A DNA stretch of 64,000 nt, from assembly GCA_010405405.1 (NCBI GenBank), contig MU004234.1:2391697-2455696 (forward strand). Reading direction: 5' to 3'. The stretch's first letter is position 1. Each line of letters begins with the position of its first letter. This document shows positions 16,590 through 28,120 of the stretch, piece by piece. Position numbers and translations under genes: made by a program. Source of the DNA: Microthyrium microscopicum. Taxonomy: Eukaryota. The notes under the pieces were generated by a model, which ran no database searches, was not told where the DNA came from, and saw only the letters and a list, made by a program, of their open reading frames with translations.

Positions 16590-17610
16590 CGCTACCTGCT
16601 CTTTTGCCGTTGACAAGTGGAAGTCTGAAGGACTGCTTACAAACAGACCATTAAGAACACCCAGTCAAGTACACGTCGTGGGTCCTACAGCAGCTCCAGG
16701 GTGTCGCCGATGGTGTTGAAATTATCCACCGAAAGGGAGTACGAACTGGAGAAACAACATACTCGAGCACAGCTTTCTCTGCTAACATCTCCTTCTGATG
16801 GCTGCCGCTGGATCGAATCTCATAAAAGGTCCTGGCCAGTGGCAAGGCCAAGGTCCTCGACCTGAAGTCACCGGTGGCTTTCAGCACGACATCTCTCCTT
16901 AAATCTACTGACATTTCGCAACCAACCCAAGAAATTGAAGGCACTAGAGGCAGAATTCGGCCGAATCGTTCTCGCGGACTTTGGGTTGACAAAGTTCAAG
17001 ATGTTCAATACTTTTAACACCAGAGAAATGGACAGCACGGCGTGGACTGCCAGCCTGACTGGAGTGCCGACATAACCTCCACCCGAAATTGACACTCAAG
17101 GTTAGTGGACATCTTCGACGCAATTTGGCGGTAAGATGTTGTATGACGACCCTAGACTGACATCTTCAGCTACGAGTGAAACTCGAATCGTGACTCGGTC
17201 GAAAGATACATGCGCCTTGGCCTGCATAATGTTTGAGTTTATGGTTTGGCCCCGAGAAGGTAATCAAGGCCTAAACCCTTCTAAGAATGAGAGGTGCGGT
17301 GAACATTCTAGGACAATCAAAGAGATGCAGTCCACTGACGAGGTCGAAGGGTAAAAGATTGCACCTACCATAGCTCCCATCCTTATGCCAGTATCAGTAT
17401 AGATTGCTTCTATTGCCTCGACTTTGATGCACAGCCCAAACTTAAAGAAAGTGTAATTGAGCAAATAAAGAGAATTCGAGAGCATGATCAGCCTTGGACT
17501 TCCAACAGTGCGGATCTGATCGAAGATTGTCTTAGGGTCAATCCTGGGGATAGACTGCTTGCTTCGGACATGGCTTCTCGAGTTGGAAAGATTGCATATA
17601 TGTTTGACAA
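16590..17610 (+). pseudogene. Degraded Ser/Thr protein kinase pseudogene
   Basis: Ordered kinase subdomain remnants: LLPLTSGSLKDCL, WVLQQLQGVADGVEIIH (16679), QHDISP/NLL, GRIVLADFGLTKF (DFG at 16977), GVPT*PPPE, VTRSKDTCALACIMFEFMVW, DLIEDCLRVNPGDR (17513). They are interrupted by TAA/TAG stops and frameshifts. Confidence 0.8.
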
Positions 17611-17853
17611 ACTAAACACCAGAGATAACAGAGCTTGGAGTCGTACCTCAGCGAGTCCAAGTATGTCGCAGACTCCATATACCTCAGGTTCAGTCTACTG
17701 GTCAGGAGAGAGAAATGGCGGGAAAGATTGTAATTGAATCCCCCTCAGATGATGCTTGAGCTAGGCGTAGTTTTTGCGATTTTCTTGTGGCTCATTGGCA
17801 CTTGATACCTTTGATGTTACATGAGGGAGAAAGCACTCGGTAAACAAGTGCAG

Positions 17854-17956
17854 TTGATGGGGGACATGATACTTGATGGGGGACATGATACTTGATGGGG
17901 GACATGATACTTGATGGGGGACATGATACTTGATGGGGGACATGATACTTGATGGG
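17854..17956. repeat. Perfect 19-bp minisatellite (TTGATGGGGGACATGATAC) x5.4
   Basis: Identical units start at 17854, 17873, 17892, 17911 and 17930, with a partial unit at 17949. Confidence 0.97.
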
Positions 17957-18239
17957 AGTAGGTAAGATGGAGTTAAAACTTGATACGAAGTAGACCTGGA
18001 AGCAGGAAATTGCACTCGCTTCGGCCTGCCCTTTTCAACCCACGACTCCCTTCGGTGCCCTCACCTTCTGACCCAAGCTCCCAACGTAAACAACCTCATC
18101 TCTCTCTTCTTCATCTTCTTCAACTTCACGAAAACATCTCCACTTCTCGCACCAACAACTTCTATTCTTTGATCATCTCCCTCGTTATCTGCCATCGCCC
18201 CATTTATTGACCACCACATCTTATCACCACACCGCAAAT

Positions 18240-18807
18240 ATGCCTGGAGTTCGTAAGTCACACCTACCCGCCATGCTTATCTATCGTCTTTGTACATATG
18301 GCAGTCCCTAATATCTCATCTAATCTAGCACCGGACACAATGGACAAGCTCAAGAACATTGCCAAAGGCTTGTTCAAGCGCAAGAAGAAGACCGATACCA
18401 CAACTCCAGCCCCAACAACCACCACTGCTGCCGAGTCTTCTACCAATGCGACCAAACCGACCGAAACTGCCCCTCCAGCCCCGGCCCCAGCGACTACTCC
18501 AGCTCCCACCAGTACTGAACCATCGACTATTCCAGCTCCCACCAGCGCTGAACCATCGACTGCTGAGCCACCCGCTCCGGCACCCGCTCCTCCAGTAGCT
18601 TCTGAAGCGCCCAAGGCTGTCGAGACCTCAGCAGTTCCCACCCCAGCAGCTCCTGCGGCCAGCGCACCCACTGCGGCCCCACCAGTTGAGGAGACACCAA
18701 CAGCTCCAGTATCTACCCCGGCTGAACCAACAGCCACATCTACAGCAGTTCCGACCGAGGGCATGTCAGCGACAAGTGGTCCCTTAGGGGAGGCGGCTCA
18801 TAAGTAG
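18240..18807 (+). CDS. Small Pro/Ala/Thr-rich low-complexity protein of unknown function
   Basis: An ATG at 18240 plus the intron 18253-18328 (GTAAGT...CTAATCTAG) joins in frame to MDKLKNIAKGLFKRKKK; an alternative start is 18340. Internal repeat PAPTS(T/A)EPST; ends GMSATSGPLGEAAHK. Confidence 0.7.
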
Positions 18808-18968
18808 GAAGAGCAGCCGCGGATCCACCCGTGGGATTACGGTCATGGTCTACTTTGTGAGTTTTTTTGATGAGCTCTGGCTAGCTCCCAGCCTGAAACC
18901 CAGAAATATCAGAGATTCCAGGCTGATTTATGTATAGAACGTGAAAGTTGTGAAAAGACGATCGCTTG

Positions 18969-19214
18969 CGATGGTCACCAACAACTCTTTTGGGGAAGAA
19001 AGCCTCTGATGGGAGATAGAGCACCTGATGGGGAAAAGAGCCTGTCGTTGTGTTCTGGCTTTATTGTGTTTTTATCGATATTCTGTCTTCCGATGGTCAC
19101 CAACAACTCTTATGGGAAAGAAAGCCTCTGATGGGAGATAGAGCACTTGATGGGGAAAATAGCCTGTCATTGTGTTATGGTTTTATTGTTTGTTTTTATC
19201 GATATTCTGTCCTC
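18969..19214. repeat. Tandem duplication of a ~122-bp non-coding segment (2 diverged copies)
   Basis: CGATGGTCACCAACAACTCTT...GAAAGCCTCTGATGGGAGATAGAGCAC...TTTTTATCGATATTCTGTC starts at 18969 and again at 19091. Confidence 0.93.
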
Positions 19215-19654
19215 TTTTCAAATGTTTTGCTTCGTCTATACCCCGGTAACTCTTAGTCTTAATCAACAATGATCGATTTGGTTGTTTGTGATCAACCCTT
19301 CCCTGGGTGAACAAATTTCCCATCGACTACGATGTTCACCATATGCTACGCAAATTATCGAGTGCGTTGGTCGCCATCTAGTGCGTAAAAAAGATGCTGG
19401 TGTATCAAATGCGATGGGAGTTGAATGACCATCATAGTTGAAAGTAGTAACTGGCTCACCAGCTTTGATGCTAGAGAGTCACTATTATCTTGAAAGTGGC
19501 CTCGTGAAGTGGTTGAACATTGGCTCAAGAATTGAAGGGACCCAAGTGATAGAGCCAGCAACCCTAGCCCTAGGGGATCTGCCATATCTTAATGCCTGGC
19601 GTTAGCGGATCGTGTGCCATCATCAACATCTCCTTTACCCAAATTCCGCCCAAA

Positions 19655-21474
19655 ATGTCTCGACGAATAACACCATCCGAAACTAAGGTCGAGCAAAACC
19701 GAGCGACGCTGAAAAGTCTTGTCAAACTCGAAGGCAATAAAAGCTGTGCCGACTGCAAGAGAAACAAGCGTATGTTGCATATCGCTCCACCTAATCTTTG
19801 GAGCCTTTGCGTACAGTTCACTAATGTTCCTGAATAGATCCACGATGGGCAAGCTGGAACCTCGGTATCTTTGTTTGCATACGATGCTCCGGTATACATC
19901 GCGGAATGGGTACACACATTAGTCGCGTCAAATCGGTGGATCTAGACTCTTGGACGGACGAGCAGACACAGAGCATGATCAAGTGGGGCAACTCTCGAGC
20001 GAATAAGTTAGTGGACAGCTTTTGTTATGGTGATGGCTCTTGCTGACAGGTCTACAGATACTGGGAAGCGAAATTGGCTCCTGGTCATGTCCCCTCCGAG
20101 AACAAAATCGAGAACTATATCCGCACAAAGTACGAATCGAAGCGATGGACTATGGAAGGACCAATGCCCGATCCTTCTTCTTTGGATGATGAAAATGAGG
20201 GAGCGGTATGTTATTCAGAGATATGGCTTATGCACATGATTAATATGTCACAGGCTTCAGCTTCAGCTGCACCAGTAGAACGATCCTCATCCCAGCGACA
20301 AGCTCCAGCCTCGAGGGCGGCACCAAAGAACTCAGTCGACTTGTTTGGTGAGAGTATATCGGCTCCTCCTCGACCTTCAACTGGCCCTCCTTTGGGCACA
20401 CAACCGCCAGCCAAGGCAGATGCAGCAGTACCGAAGCAGACCAAAGCATCAGAATCACTTCTAGGGTTCGACTTCTTTGGAGCTGCACCAGCACCTGCAG
20501 CAAGGTCTACACCCGATATTACTGGTGGAGCAGCACCGCCGTCAGGTCCTTCCAAGGCCGATCTCAAGCAATCAATTCTATCATTATACTCGTCAACACC
20601 AAAACCAACTCCGCAACCACAAGTTCAATCTCCAGGTTTTGGTGGGCTCCAAAATCCTCAACAAGGCCACCAAACCCAATCTTCATTCGGTGGCATGACA
20701 GACGCATTCAGTTCCCTTGGAGTATCCTCACCTCCAATCTCTCAACCACAAAGCAAGCCATCCGCCTTTGACAGTCTCACCAGCAGCTTCGCCAGCCCGC
20801 GCGCAACATCTACAACTACCACAACTCCTTCACTTGGAGCCGGCGGAAGCTTCTTTGATGCCGCACCCAAATCACCTCCTGTCACTGAACAATCTCACAC
20901 TGCCCGCGCTCCTAGCACTGGTGGTTGGGGCGATCTCCTTTCCTCCACACCTGCCGCACCCGCTACTCAACCCAAGCCCGCTCAAACCATGTCCTCCGAC
21001 CTCTTCGATCTCAGCGCGCCAGCTCCACCCACCGCCAGCAATACCGCCCAACCAGCCGCGTCCAACCCCATGTCCTCCATGTCCTCCGCCTTCAACCTCT
21101 CCTCCAACGCACCCCAAGCAGCAGCCGCCGCACCAGCATCCAAACAAGCAGGTGGCTTCTCCAGTCTAGGCGGTATGGACGCCTGGGGCTCGTCGAACGT
21201 GTGGGGTGCAGAGTCAAATACAACTGCACCTGCAGCAGCAGCAGCTACCAACACGGCACAATCGCCACCTATGATGGACGCCGGCTGGGGGTCAAGCTCT
21301 GTGGCAACCACGAAAAGCACCAAGCCAGCTGAAACGACGATTGCAGGCGACGAGGACTTTGGCGGTTGGAACAGTGCACCGGCGGCGCCGTCACCAGCTC
21401 CAGCAAACAATGGCGGTTCAGGAGCAAAGGGATTTGGCGGTAATGATGACTTGTTTGGTAATGTGTGGGGCTAG
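19655..21474 (+). CDS. ArfGAP domain protein (Age2/SMAP-like)
   Basis: Zinc finger [47 protein letters not shown] and [14 protein letters not shown]. The low-complexity tail ends DDLFGNVWG. Three introns. Confidence 0.9.
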
Positions 21475-21594
21475 GTTGTAGACACAGGAGGCAGTATGTA
21501 CCGTTAGGACTTTATGAAAACTATAACACATGAACAGTCAGCACATCACTGCAATTCATCACGGTCATCAATTCATATCAACTTGCTATGATAG

Positions 21595-22587
21595 TCATAA
21601 CTCCTCCCTAACCTTCCTGCTCCCACCACTATCACTCCCCAGCGTGTACCGCCCAAAGAACTCCATAATAATACTCGACGCGTTGAAACTCGCAACTCCA
21701 TGCCCCTCCCGCCCATTATCGCTATTCTTCTTTGTACTAGGCCAATCATGCCCCAGCGTCCTATCATAGTACCCAGTCACCATCCCATTGCCAAAAGTAT
21801 GCACTTGCACATCCCTACTCAACCGACTCGTCACATTCTGCGGCGTAAAATCATCGCGTTCAGCCCAAGAGCGGAGATAGTGCGGTATACTTGGAAGACA
21901 CGCATTTCGGCGCTCACCGCCTTCGTAACTAATTGTGTCGTCCTTGCCGCCATGGAACTCTAGGAAGGGAATAAGTCGTGAAGCCTTGCAGGATATGGAC
22001 ACGGTGTCGGCGTCACAGTCGTCGGCTGGGGTGGTGGTGTAGAATGCGCCGGATACTGCGGCGAAGGCGGCGATTAGTGAGGATGTGGTTGGGTGGCAGG
22101 CGAGTTGGCCTACGAAGCCGCCGCCTTGGGACTTGCCGGTGGCGTAGATTTTCGTGCTGTCTATTCGGTGTGCGGTGGATGTGTGCGTTGTTGAGAGGTG
22201 CTTTAGGAGAGTGGTTGTGAAGAGGATATCGTTTGTTTTTACGCCTGGTGCGCCTTGCCACATGTTTTCAATTCCTTGGGGATAGACGATGATATTATCG
22301 TTGTTGAAGAAGGGCGTTGTGAGGAGGTCTAGCTTGAGCTGGCTAGTAGCTGTTCGGGATCGAGCGTGATATGATAGAATGAGTGATCGAGGGGTTGGTG
22401 AGGACTTGTAGTTTGCTGGTAGGAAAAGAACATAGCTTCGCTCTGTTTTGCCTACACATATCGTTTGGTTTTTGGCTGTTCCTGGTTCTTGGGGAAAGTT
22501 TGACGTTTGGCATTTTGCTGCGCCAGCAACATGAGCGCTGAGGAGTAGTCCGAGGGCCAGAAGATTTCCAAGAAGTGGTGAACACAT
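21595..22587 (-). CDS. Secreted carbohydrate esterase family 1 (feruloyl esterase C-like)
   Basis: 330-aa ORF with a signal peptide, YPQG, nucleophile elbow TGKSQGGG, AAFAAVSGAFY, EFHGGKDDTISY and GHDWP. Confidence 0.85.
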   Translation of the reverse strand: MCSPLLGNLLALGLLLSAHVAGAAKCQTSNFPQEPGTAKNQTICVGKTERSYVLFLPANYKSSPTPRSLILSYHARSRTATSQLKLDLLTTPFFNNDNIIVYPQGIENMWQGAPGVKTNDILFTTTLLKHLSTTHTSTAHRIDSTKIYATGKSQGGGFVGQLACHPTTSSLIAAFAAVSGAFYTTTPADDCDADTVSISCKASRLIPFLEFHGGKDDTISYEGGERRNACLPSIPHYLRSWAERDDFTPQNVTSRLSRDVQVHTFGNGMVTGYYDRTLGHDWPSTKKNSDNGREGHGVASFNASSIIMEFFGRYTLGSDSGGSRKVREEL

Positions 22588-23441
22588 CTTTAGTTCTTGT
22601 TATGTGACTTGTTGGAGGCAGCAACTCATGATATGCCAACAATGAGATAATTCCTAAATATAGACATACTATCGGTAAATTGTTGAAGGGGCCATGTTCA
22701 CTGATGCTGAGAATTGGTGGTACTAAGCGGGGGTTTGATGGCACAGACCAAAAGAAGTTGTTCCCGTAAATCGTGGACAGTGGAGACAATTAGATTTCTG
22801 TAGAACCTGTGAGGTTTTCTTGTGTGATGTGTGTTCTAGCAGTGAATCTTGAACGGTTTCATGGCCTGTTCAAGATCGGAGGTTACATTTGAGATCTGAA
22901 AGAGGGTCCGCACGGGGTATGCTAGGATATGCTGGTCTTGATCATACGAACTAGAAAAGGTCTCAACGATAATTAGGGGAAGAAGCCAGGTAAGATCCGC
23001 CAGGTATTCTCGACGGGAAACATCCTGTTTTGAGGTTTTATCAAAGTCGAGGGTTGATCTTTTTCCACGGGCTCTGCATGGCAGATTTGAGCAGGGGATT
23101 GATGTACACCCCCCGATGCATTTGATAATTACTATTAACTTGTATGAGGGCAGCTGGTACTGTTTGATTTTTAGCAATTAGACTATTGACATATCCAATG
23201 ATAAACACACCAGAGCAACCTTGGGTAAACGAATGATCATGGAATCTGCTACGTGCAAATTATCCTAAGACAGTATGAGCGTGCGATACAGAGGCAGTCG
23301 TCAACGATCCTATACTCACTCGTTTGACAGCCTTGTTCATAGAAATATATCAGCACTGAAGCTTTAGTTGGTGGTGTCTTCCTCATCATAACAAAGCCTT
23401 ACTTCGTGCTCCGGCGATACAGGGGAAGTAGGCGCGTCCAA

Positions 23442-24417
23442 CTACCACCGACGACCTCCTCTGAATCCTCCTCCACGACCGCCGTACCCACCGCCGCCTC
23501 CTCTTGGATATCCTCCTGAGCGGCCGCCGTAGCCTCTATCCCCATAATCCCCACCACCAGGACCATTATCGTCTTGCTGTCTTGAAGGTGGAGCTCGTCC
23601 TTTGAGCTCTTTCTGAAGCGCCTCGTATGTTTTGCGCATTTGCGCATAGCCCAGATGCATCTTTCCGTAGAAATGATCTGCCAGTCGACGGTCGTTGTCT
23701 AGTCTGCTGAGGTAGGCTCCACACACATCGCAGACTTGTAGCTTTTGGTGACCCGATGGTCCGGACGTATCTGATAGTGCTTTGAGCTCTCTTTCGCGAT
23801 CTTCTTTGGTATACTTCGCTTGACGAATCTTGAAGAAATCCTGGACTGCTTGGTTGACGGCGCCAAGTTCACTCAAGGTTTCGATTTCTTGTAGACCGAT
23901 CTCGATGGTATTTGTATGGTCGGATATCTGCTTAAGCTTCAAGAAGTTAGCATTGCTACGCGAAGAATGAATCGGGCTAACTTACTAGAGCATTGGTTTG
24001 CCGTATTTCATCGGGTGTCTTCTCGAGTCTTCTTTGCGCCGTATCGATTCTTCGATTACACTCGTCGACGTATTTTTGCATGTCTCTTAAGTAATCAAAG
24101 TCAAATCCCCATTTTCGCTTCTGCTCGTCGGTTGCAGCATCGTATTCGGCTTTCAGCGCTTCGCTATGAGTCTTCGTGCATGGACCGAAATCTTGTTTGG
24201 TGTTGGTGAATAGGTCATGAGGACATGTTCCGGCGAGGTATGAGCGGCACACCTTTGGATCAGTTATGCTGAGCTGCGGTGCTCTTGGCCCTGGACCACT
24301 CATGTACTGGTCTCCCATCAACTGCTCTAGAAATTGCGGTTCATGTTAGTTGCATGTTCTTGAAGAAATGAACTCCTTGCGGTGCTTACCTAGCAGTTTC
24401 CGTTGCTCTGCCGCCAT
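23442..24417 (-). CDS. LUC7: U1 snRNP protein Luc7, 3 exons
   Basis: MAAEQRKLL/EQLMG. Zinc fingers VCRSYLAGTCPHDLFTNTKQD and LQVCDVCGAYLSRLDNDRRLADHFYGKMHLGY, followed by an RGG tail. Confidence 0.95.
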
Positions 24418-24837
24418 GCTTTCGTTTGCGCTGGTTTCTCAGCTATGTAGTTAATATGGCGTTGAGGTCTTAGAGTGTCAGAAGAGTTGCTAAAGGCCGT
24501 CGGTGGATGCGGAGGTTGAATGTTGAAAGTTGAAGGCTGAGGACTGCTCCGGACCTTGAGAAAGTGGCAGCTTTAAAATTAGCGCGGCACGTCTCAACGC
24601 GCATAGACGCGCGCTAATCCCATATTTCGACAGAGTGTTCTGATACTATATATTCTGACTGTCCTTAGACACATATCTCCAACCATTATTTCAGGAAACA
24701 CACAGTTCCTCTTGGACTTTTGAAGCTGAGAGTCTCGTACTGCGAATTTGGACCGACTTTACTGCCTTTCTACCTCCACGGAGAACTGACGAAACGATTG
24801 ACTCCCATTCATGATGTTTTGAGATGCGCCATGTGCA

Positions 24838-26739
24838 ATGATCTTTAGAATCTTTCTTTCCCTTCTCCTGCTGCTCCCGCTAGCATGCTGCTCAGACTAC
24901 CATGAAAAACTCCTTCTTCGGCCGCTTCCTGGAAACGCGCTCCTAGCCTCCTTCAACTTCCGAAGCAATGCGACAGCAAACTCGTTTGATGAACAGAACT
25001 TTCGTTACTTCCCTAGGTCGTTCGGTCAGATCCTCCAACATGCACATACAAAAGAACTACATTTGCGGTTCAGTGTAGGAAGATGGGACGCAGAGACATG
25101 GGGCGCTAGACCTTGGAATGGTGCTAGAGAAGGCGGAACAGGTGTGGAGTTATGGGCATGGGTTGAAGCAAAGTCGGATGAAGAGTATGATACTACAATA
25201 CTAGCGGGGAGAACGTTGCTGATATGATGTAGAGCAAACTCGAGATGGTTGACGCTCACGAATGCGCTCTCTGGACTATTCTGCGCCTCTCTAAATTTCA
25301 TTGATTCCACGAGGACTATCCGGCCTATGAAGACTTTCGAACCAGAAGGACTGCATCCAAAGTCGATGTTACCCAACTTACAACTTCTGCATGGTGTTCT
25401 TCCTCACGAGGTTGTTTGCACGGAAAACCTGACCCCTTTCGTTAAGCTCCTACCGTGTAAGGGAAAGGCAGGAATTTCTAGTCTGCTCGATGGCCATAAG
25501 CTTTTTGATGCATCTTGGCAGGTCATGTCTATTGACGTCCGGCCAATATGCCATGGAGATGATGAGTCAAACTGTATCCTTGAGATCGAGCAGACTGTAG
25601 ACATGGTATTGGACCGAGAGAGATCCAAGAGGCCGAGAGGTATGATATGATCCTTAGTTGCTAGGCGGTATTGACCATAAACAGACAATCCAATTCCTCG
25701 CCCGCTTCCAATGGATCAAATAGAATGCGATGTCTCCAAACCATATCACGCAGAAGACTCCTGCTATCCCCTGGAGAAATCCTCTGAACCAGCTTGGGAT
25801 CTCGCAGAAATATTTGGACGCCATATCAAAGGCGACTGCCCTATAACCGGAGATGATTCAATGACAGTTTGTGTCAACACACAACCAGAACGCATCATCA
25901 ACGTCTTTACCAATCCCGAAGATCAAGACTTTGGTATGAAGAAGATCCCTGAAGAGAACCTCACCTGCTTTGAACCTCCATCCAATGGAACCGACTTCAG
26001 CCTGAGTTTCCCAGAACAGAACATGACCACTCCACTCCCCTTAGCCTCACCGCGTATTCACGCTTTCCGCTCCATCACAGGCTACGGCCAAGAACGAGGC
26101 GGCATACAAGCCATCATCCAAAACCCATCCTCCACAGAACCTTTAGACGTGATATACCTAGAGTCTCTCCCATGGTACATGAAACCATATCTCCACACCC
26201 TACGCTCCCAGCTCTCCCCACCATCCACCATCCAGCCCATCAAAGAGACCTATTACCGCCCAGCACTCGACCGTCGTCGCGGCACTCATCTCGAACTCAA
26301 ATTACACATCCCACCGGGCTCCTCGCTCACACTAACCTACGACATTGAAAAGGCCATCCTACGCTACACGGAGTACCCACCGGATGCGAATCGTGGTTTT
26401 GACGTTGCGCCTGCCGCTATTCGCGTCTTACCTGGACCGAACGACGCCGTCGATGAGGATACACGACGTCGCGGCATCTATGTACGCACGACGTCGCTTT
26501 TGCTACCGTTACCGACGCCGGATTTCAGCATGCCGTATAATGTGATCATCCTCACGAGCACGGTAATGGCACTGGGTTTTGGTGGTATCTTTAATATCTT
26601 GGTAAGGAGGTTTGTTGCGGCTGACGAGGTGCCTGAGAACAAGTTGCCTTTGGCATTGACGGCGCTGGTGGCGAGGTTTAGAGGCAGGATACGGCAGGTA
26701 ATCACAAAAGCGATGGGGAATAGAGAGAAAACGGAGTGA
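24838..26739 (+). CDS. GPI16: GPI transamidase subunit Gpi16/PIG-T, 3 exons
   Basis: Signal peptide, FPRSFGQIL, GGTGVELWAW, LTNALSGLFCASLNFID, EVVCTENLTPFVKLLPCKGKAGIS, EYPPDANRGFD and LPTPDFSMPYNVII followed by a TM helix. Confidence 0.95.
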
Positions 26740-26958
26740 AAGAATATTTTGACAAGAAATCCAATATCACCTTTTCTTGGTGTGTGATCTTAGGGCGTTG
26801 AGATTTTGTCCACAAATTTATCATTTTTGATGGCACGCGTAGTATTTGAAGATTTTGTATTAATGAGCTTAGGCATTTCATCGGGTACTTATACAAACAG
26901 CCTTTAGAGCTCCGAACACCACCAATGCTACGCTATGCTAAACAGGACGAAGAGTCGT

Positions 26959-28120
26959 TTACCACAGGGTATATCCACCATCGATGATCAGGTCGGATCC
27001 CGTCATGAACGACGAACCGTCCGAAGCCAGGAACACAGCCAATGTATTCAACTCCGTGACATCACCCAAACGACCCATCGGAGTGCGCTCCTTCCAGATG
27101 ACCTTCTGACTCTCGAGCTTTGGATCGCGGTTCAGCTCGGTGTCCATGTATCCTGGCGAGATGGAGTTGACGCGGACATTGTACTTTGCCCACTCCGCGG
27201 CGAGGGACTTGGTCAGTTGGATCACGCCAGCTTTGGACGCATTGTAGCAAGATTGCTGTTGCGGATAATTGACGATGGAACCGGACATGGATGCGATGTT
27301 GATGATGGAGCCTGGTTGACGGGCCTCGATCATGCGTTTGCCGACCTCACGGCACACGAAAAAGGTGCCGTTGAGATTGATATTGACGAGATTCCGGAAC
27401 TTCTCATCCGGGTATGTCTCCGCAGGAAGGTTGGAACTGGCTAGGTCAGCATATATTTCCGTTCGAATGTGGCCCTATTCTTACTCCGCAATTCCAGCAG
27501 CATTGATCACAACATCGAGCTTGCCAAAGTGGTCATGAGCAGCTGCGACAGCATCCGCAACACCAGCAGCATCGCGCACATCAACACGGATGAACTTGGT
27601 CGCGACACCAGTATCAGCCTTTAGCTTCTCTGCAGACACCATTCCAAGAGCCTCCTGAAAATCGAGGATGGCGATGCCTTTGATGCCCGCTTCGGCAAGA
27701 CCTTGCGCCATATTGTAGCCCAAACCACGGGCGCCGCTGAATTTTCATTAGCCTCTCACATTCCTCGCAAAATCTCAAAGGCTTACCCAGTGATAAGCGC
27801 AATCTTCCCACCCAAACTCAGATTCTTCATAGTCGTTGGCAACTGGCTCACGACCTCTTTCTCCAACGCACTAGCCTCACGGCTCAAGTCCTTGGAAATA
27901 CCACCTACGTCAGGTTAGAACGAGCACATCTATCAGTATAGCCGCTGGGCTTACGAGCATGCTCCTCGAGCACTTCGTGAGTAGGTAAATGAATATCCTT
28001 TTTGGCGCACTGGGAGGCCGAGAACGTACGACGGGGAACGAACGAGGTGGTCATTCGAGGAGCAAAAGAGAGCGCTTTAGAAGCGCGAGTAGCAGATGAT
28101 AGGGTCTTCATTGAGAACAT
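26959..28120 (-). CDS. Short-chain dehydrogenase, D-arabinitol/sorbose-reductase-like, with a mitochondrial-type presequence; several introns
   Basis: ALIT/GGARGLG, VINAAGIA, NIASMSG, YNASKAG, VNSISPGY, IDGGYTLW. The N-terminus MFSMKTLSSATRASKALSFAPR is Arg/Ser-rich. Confidence 0.88.

Noticed and set aside
17854..17956. Regular repeats resembling a CRISPR array
   Set aside because: The units are directly adjacent with no spacers, the context is eukaryotic, and no cas genes are present.
26935..27444. 169-aa plus-strand ORF
   Set aside because: It is the antisense shadow of the SDR coding exon, a common result of codon bias.
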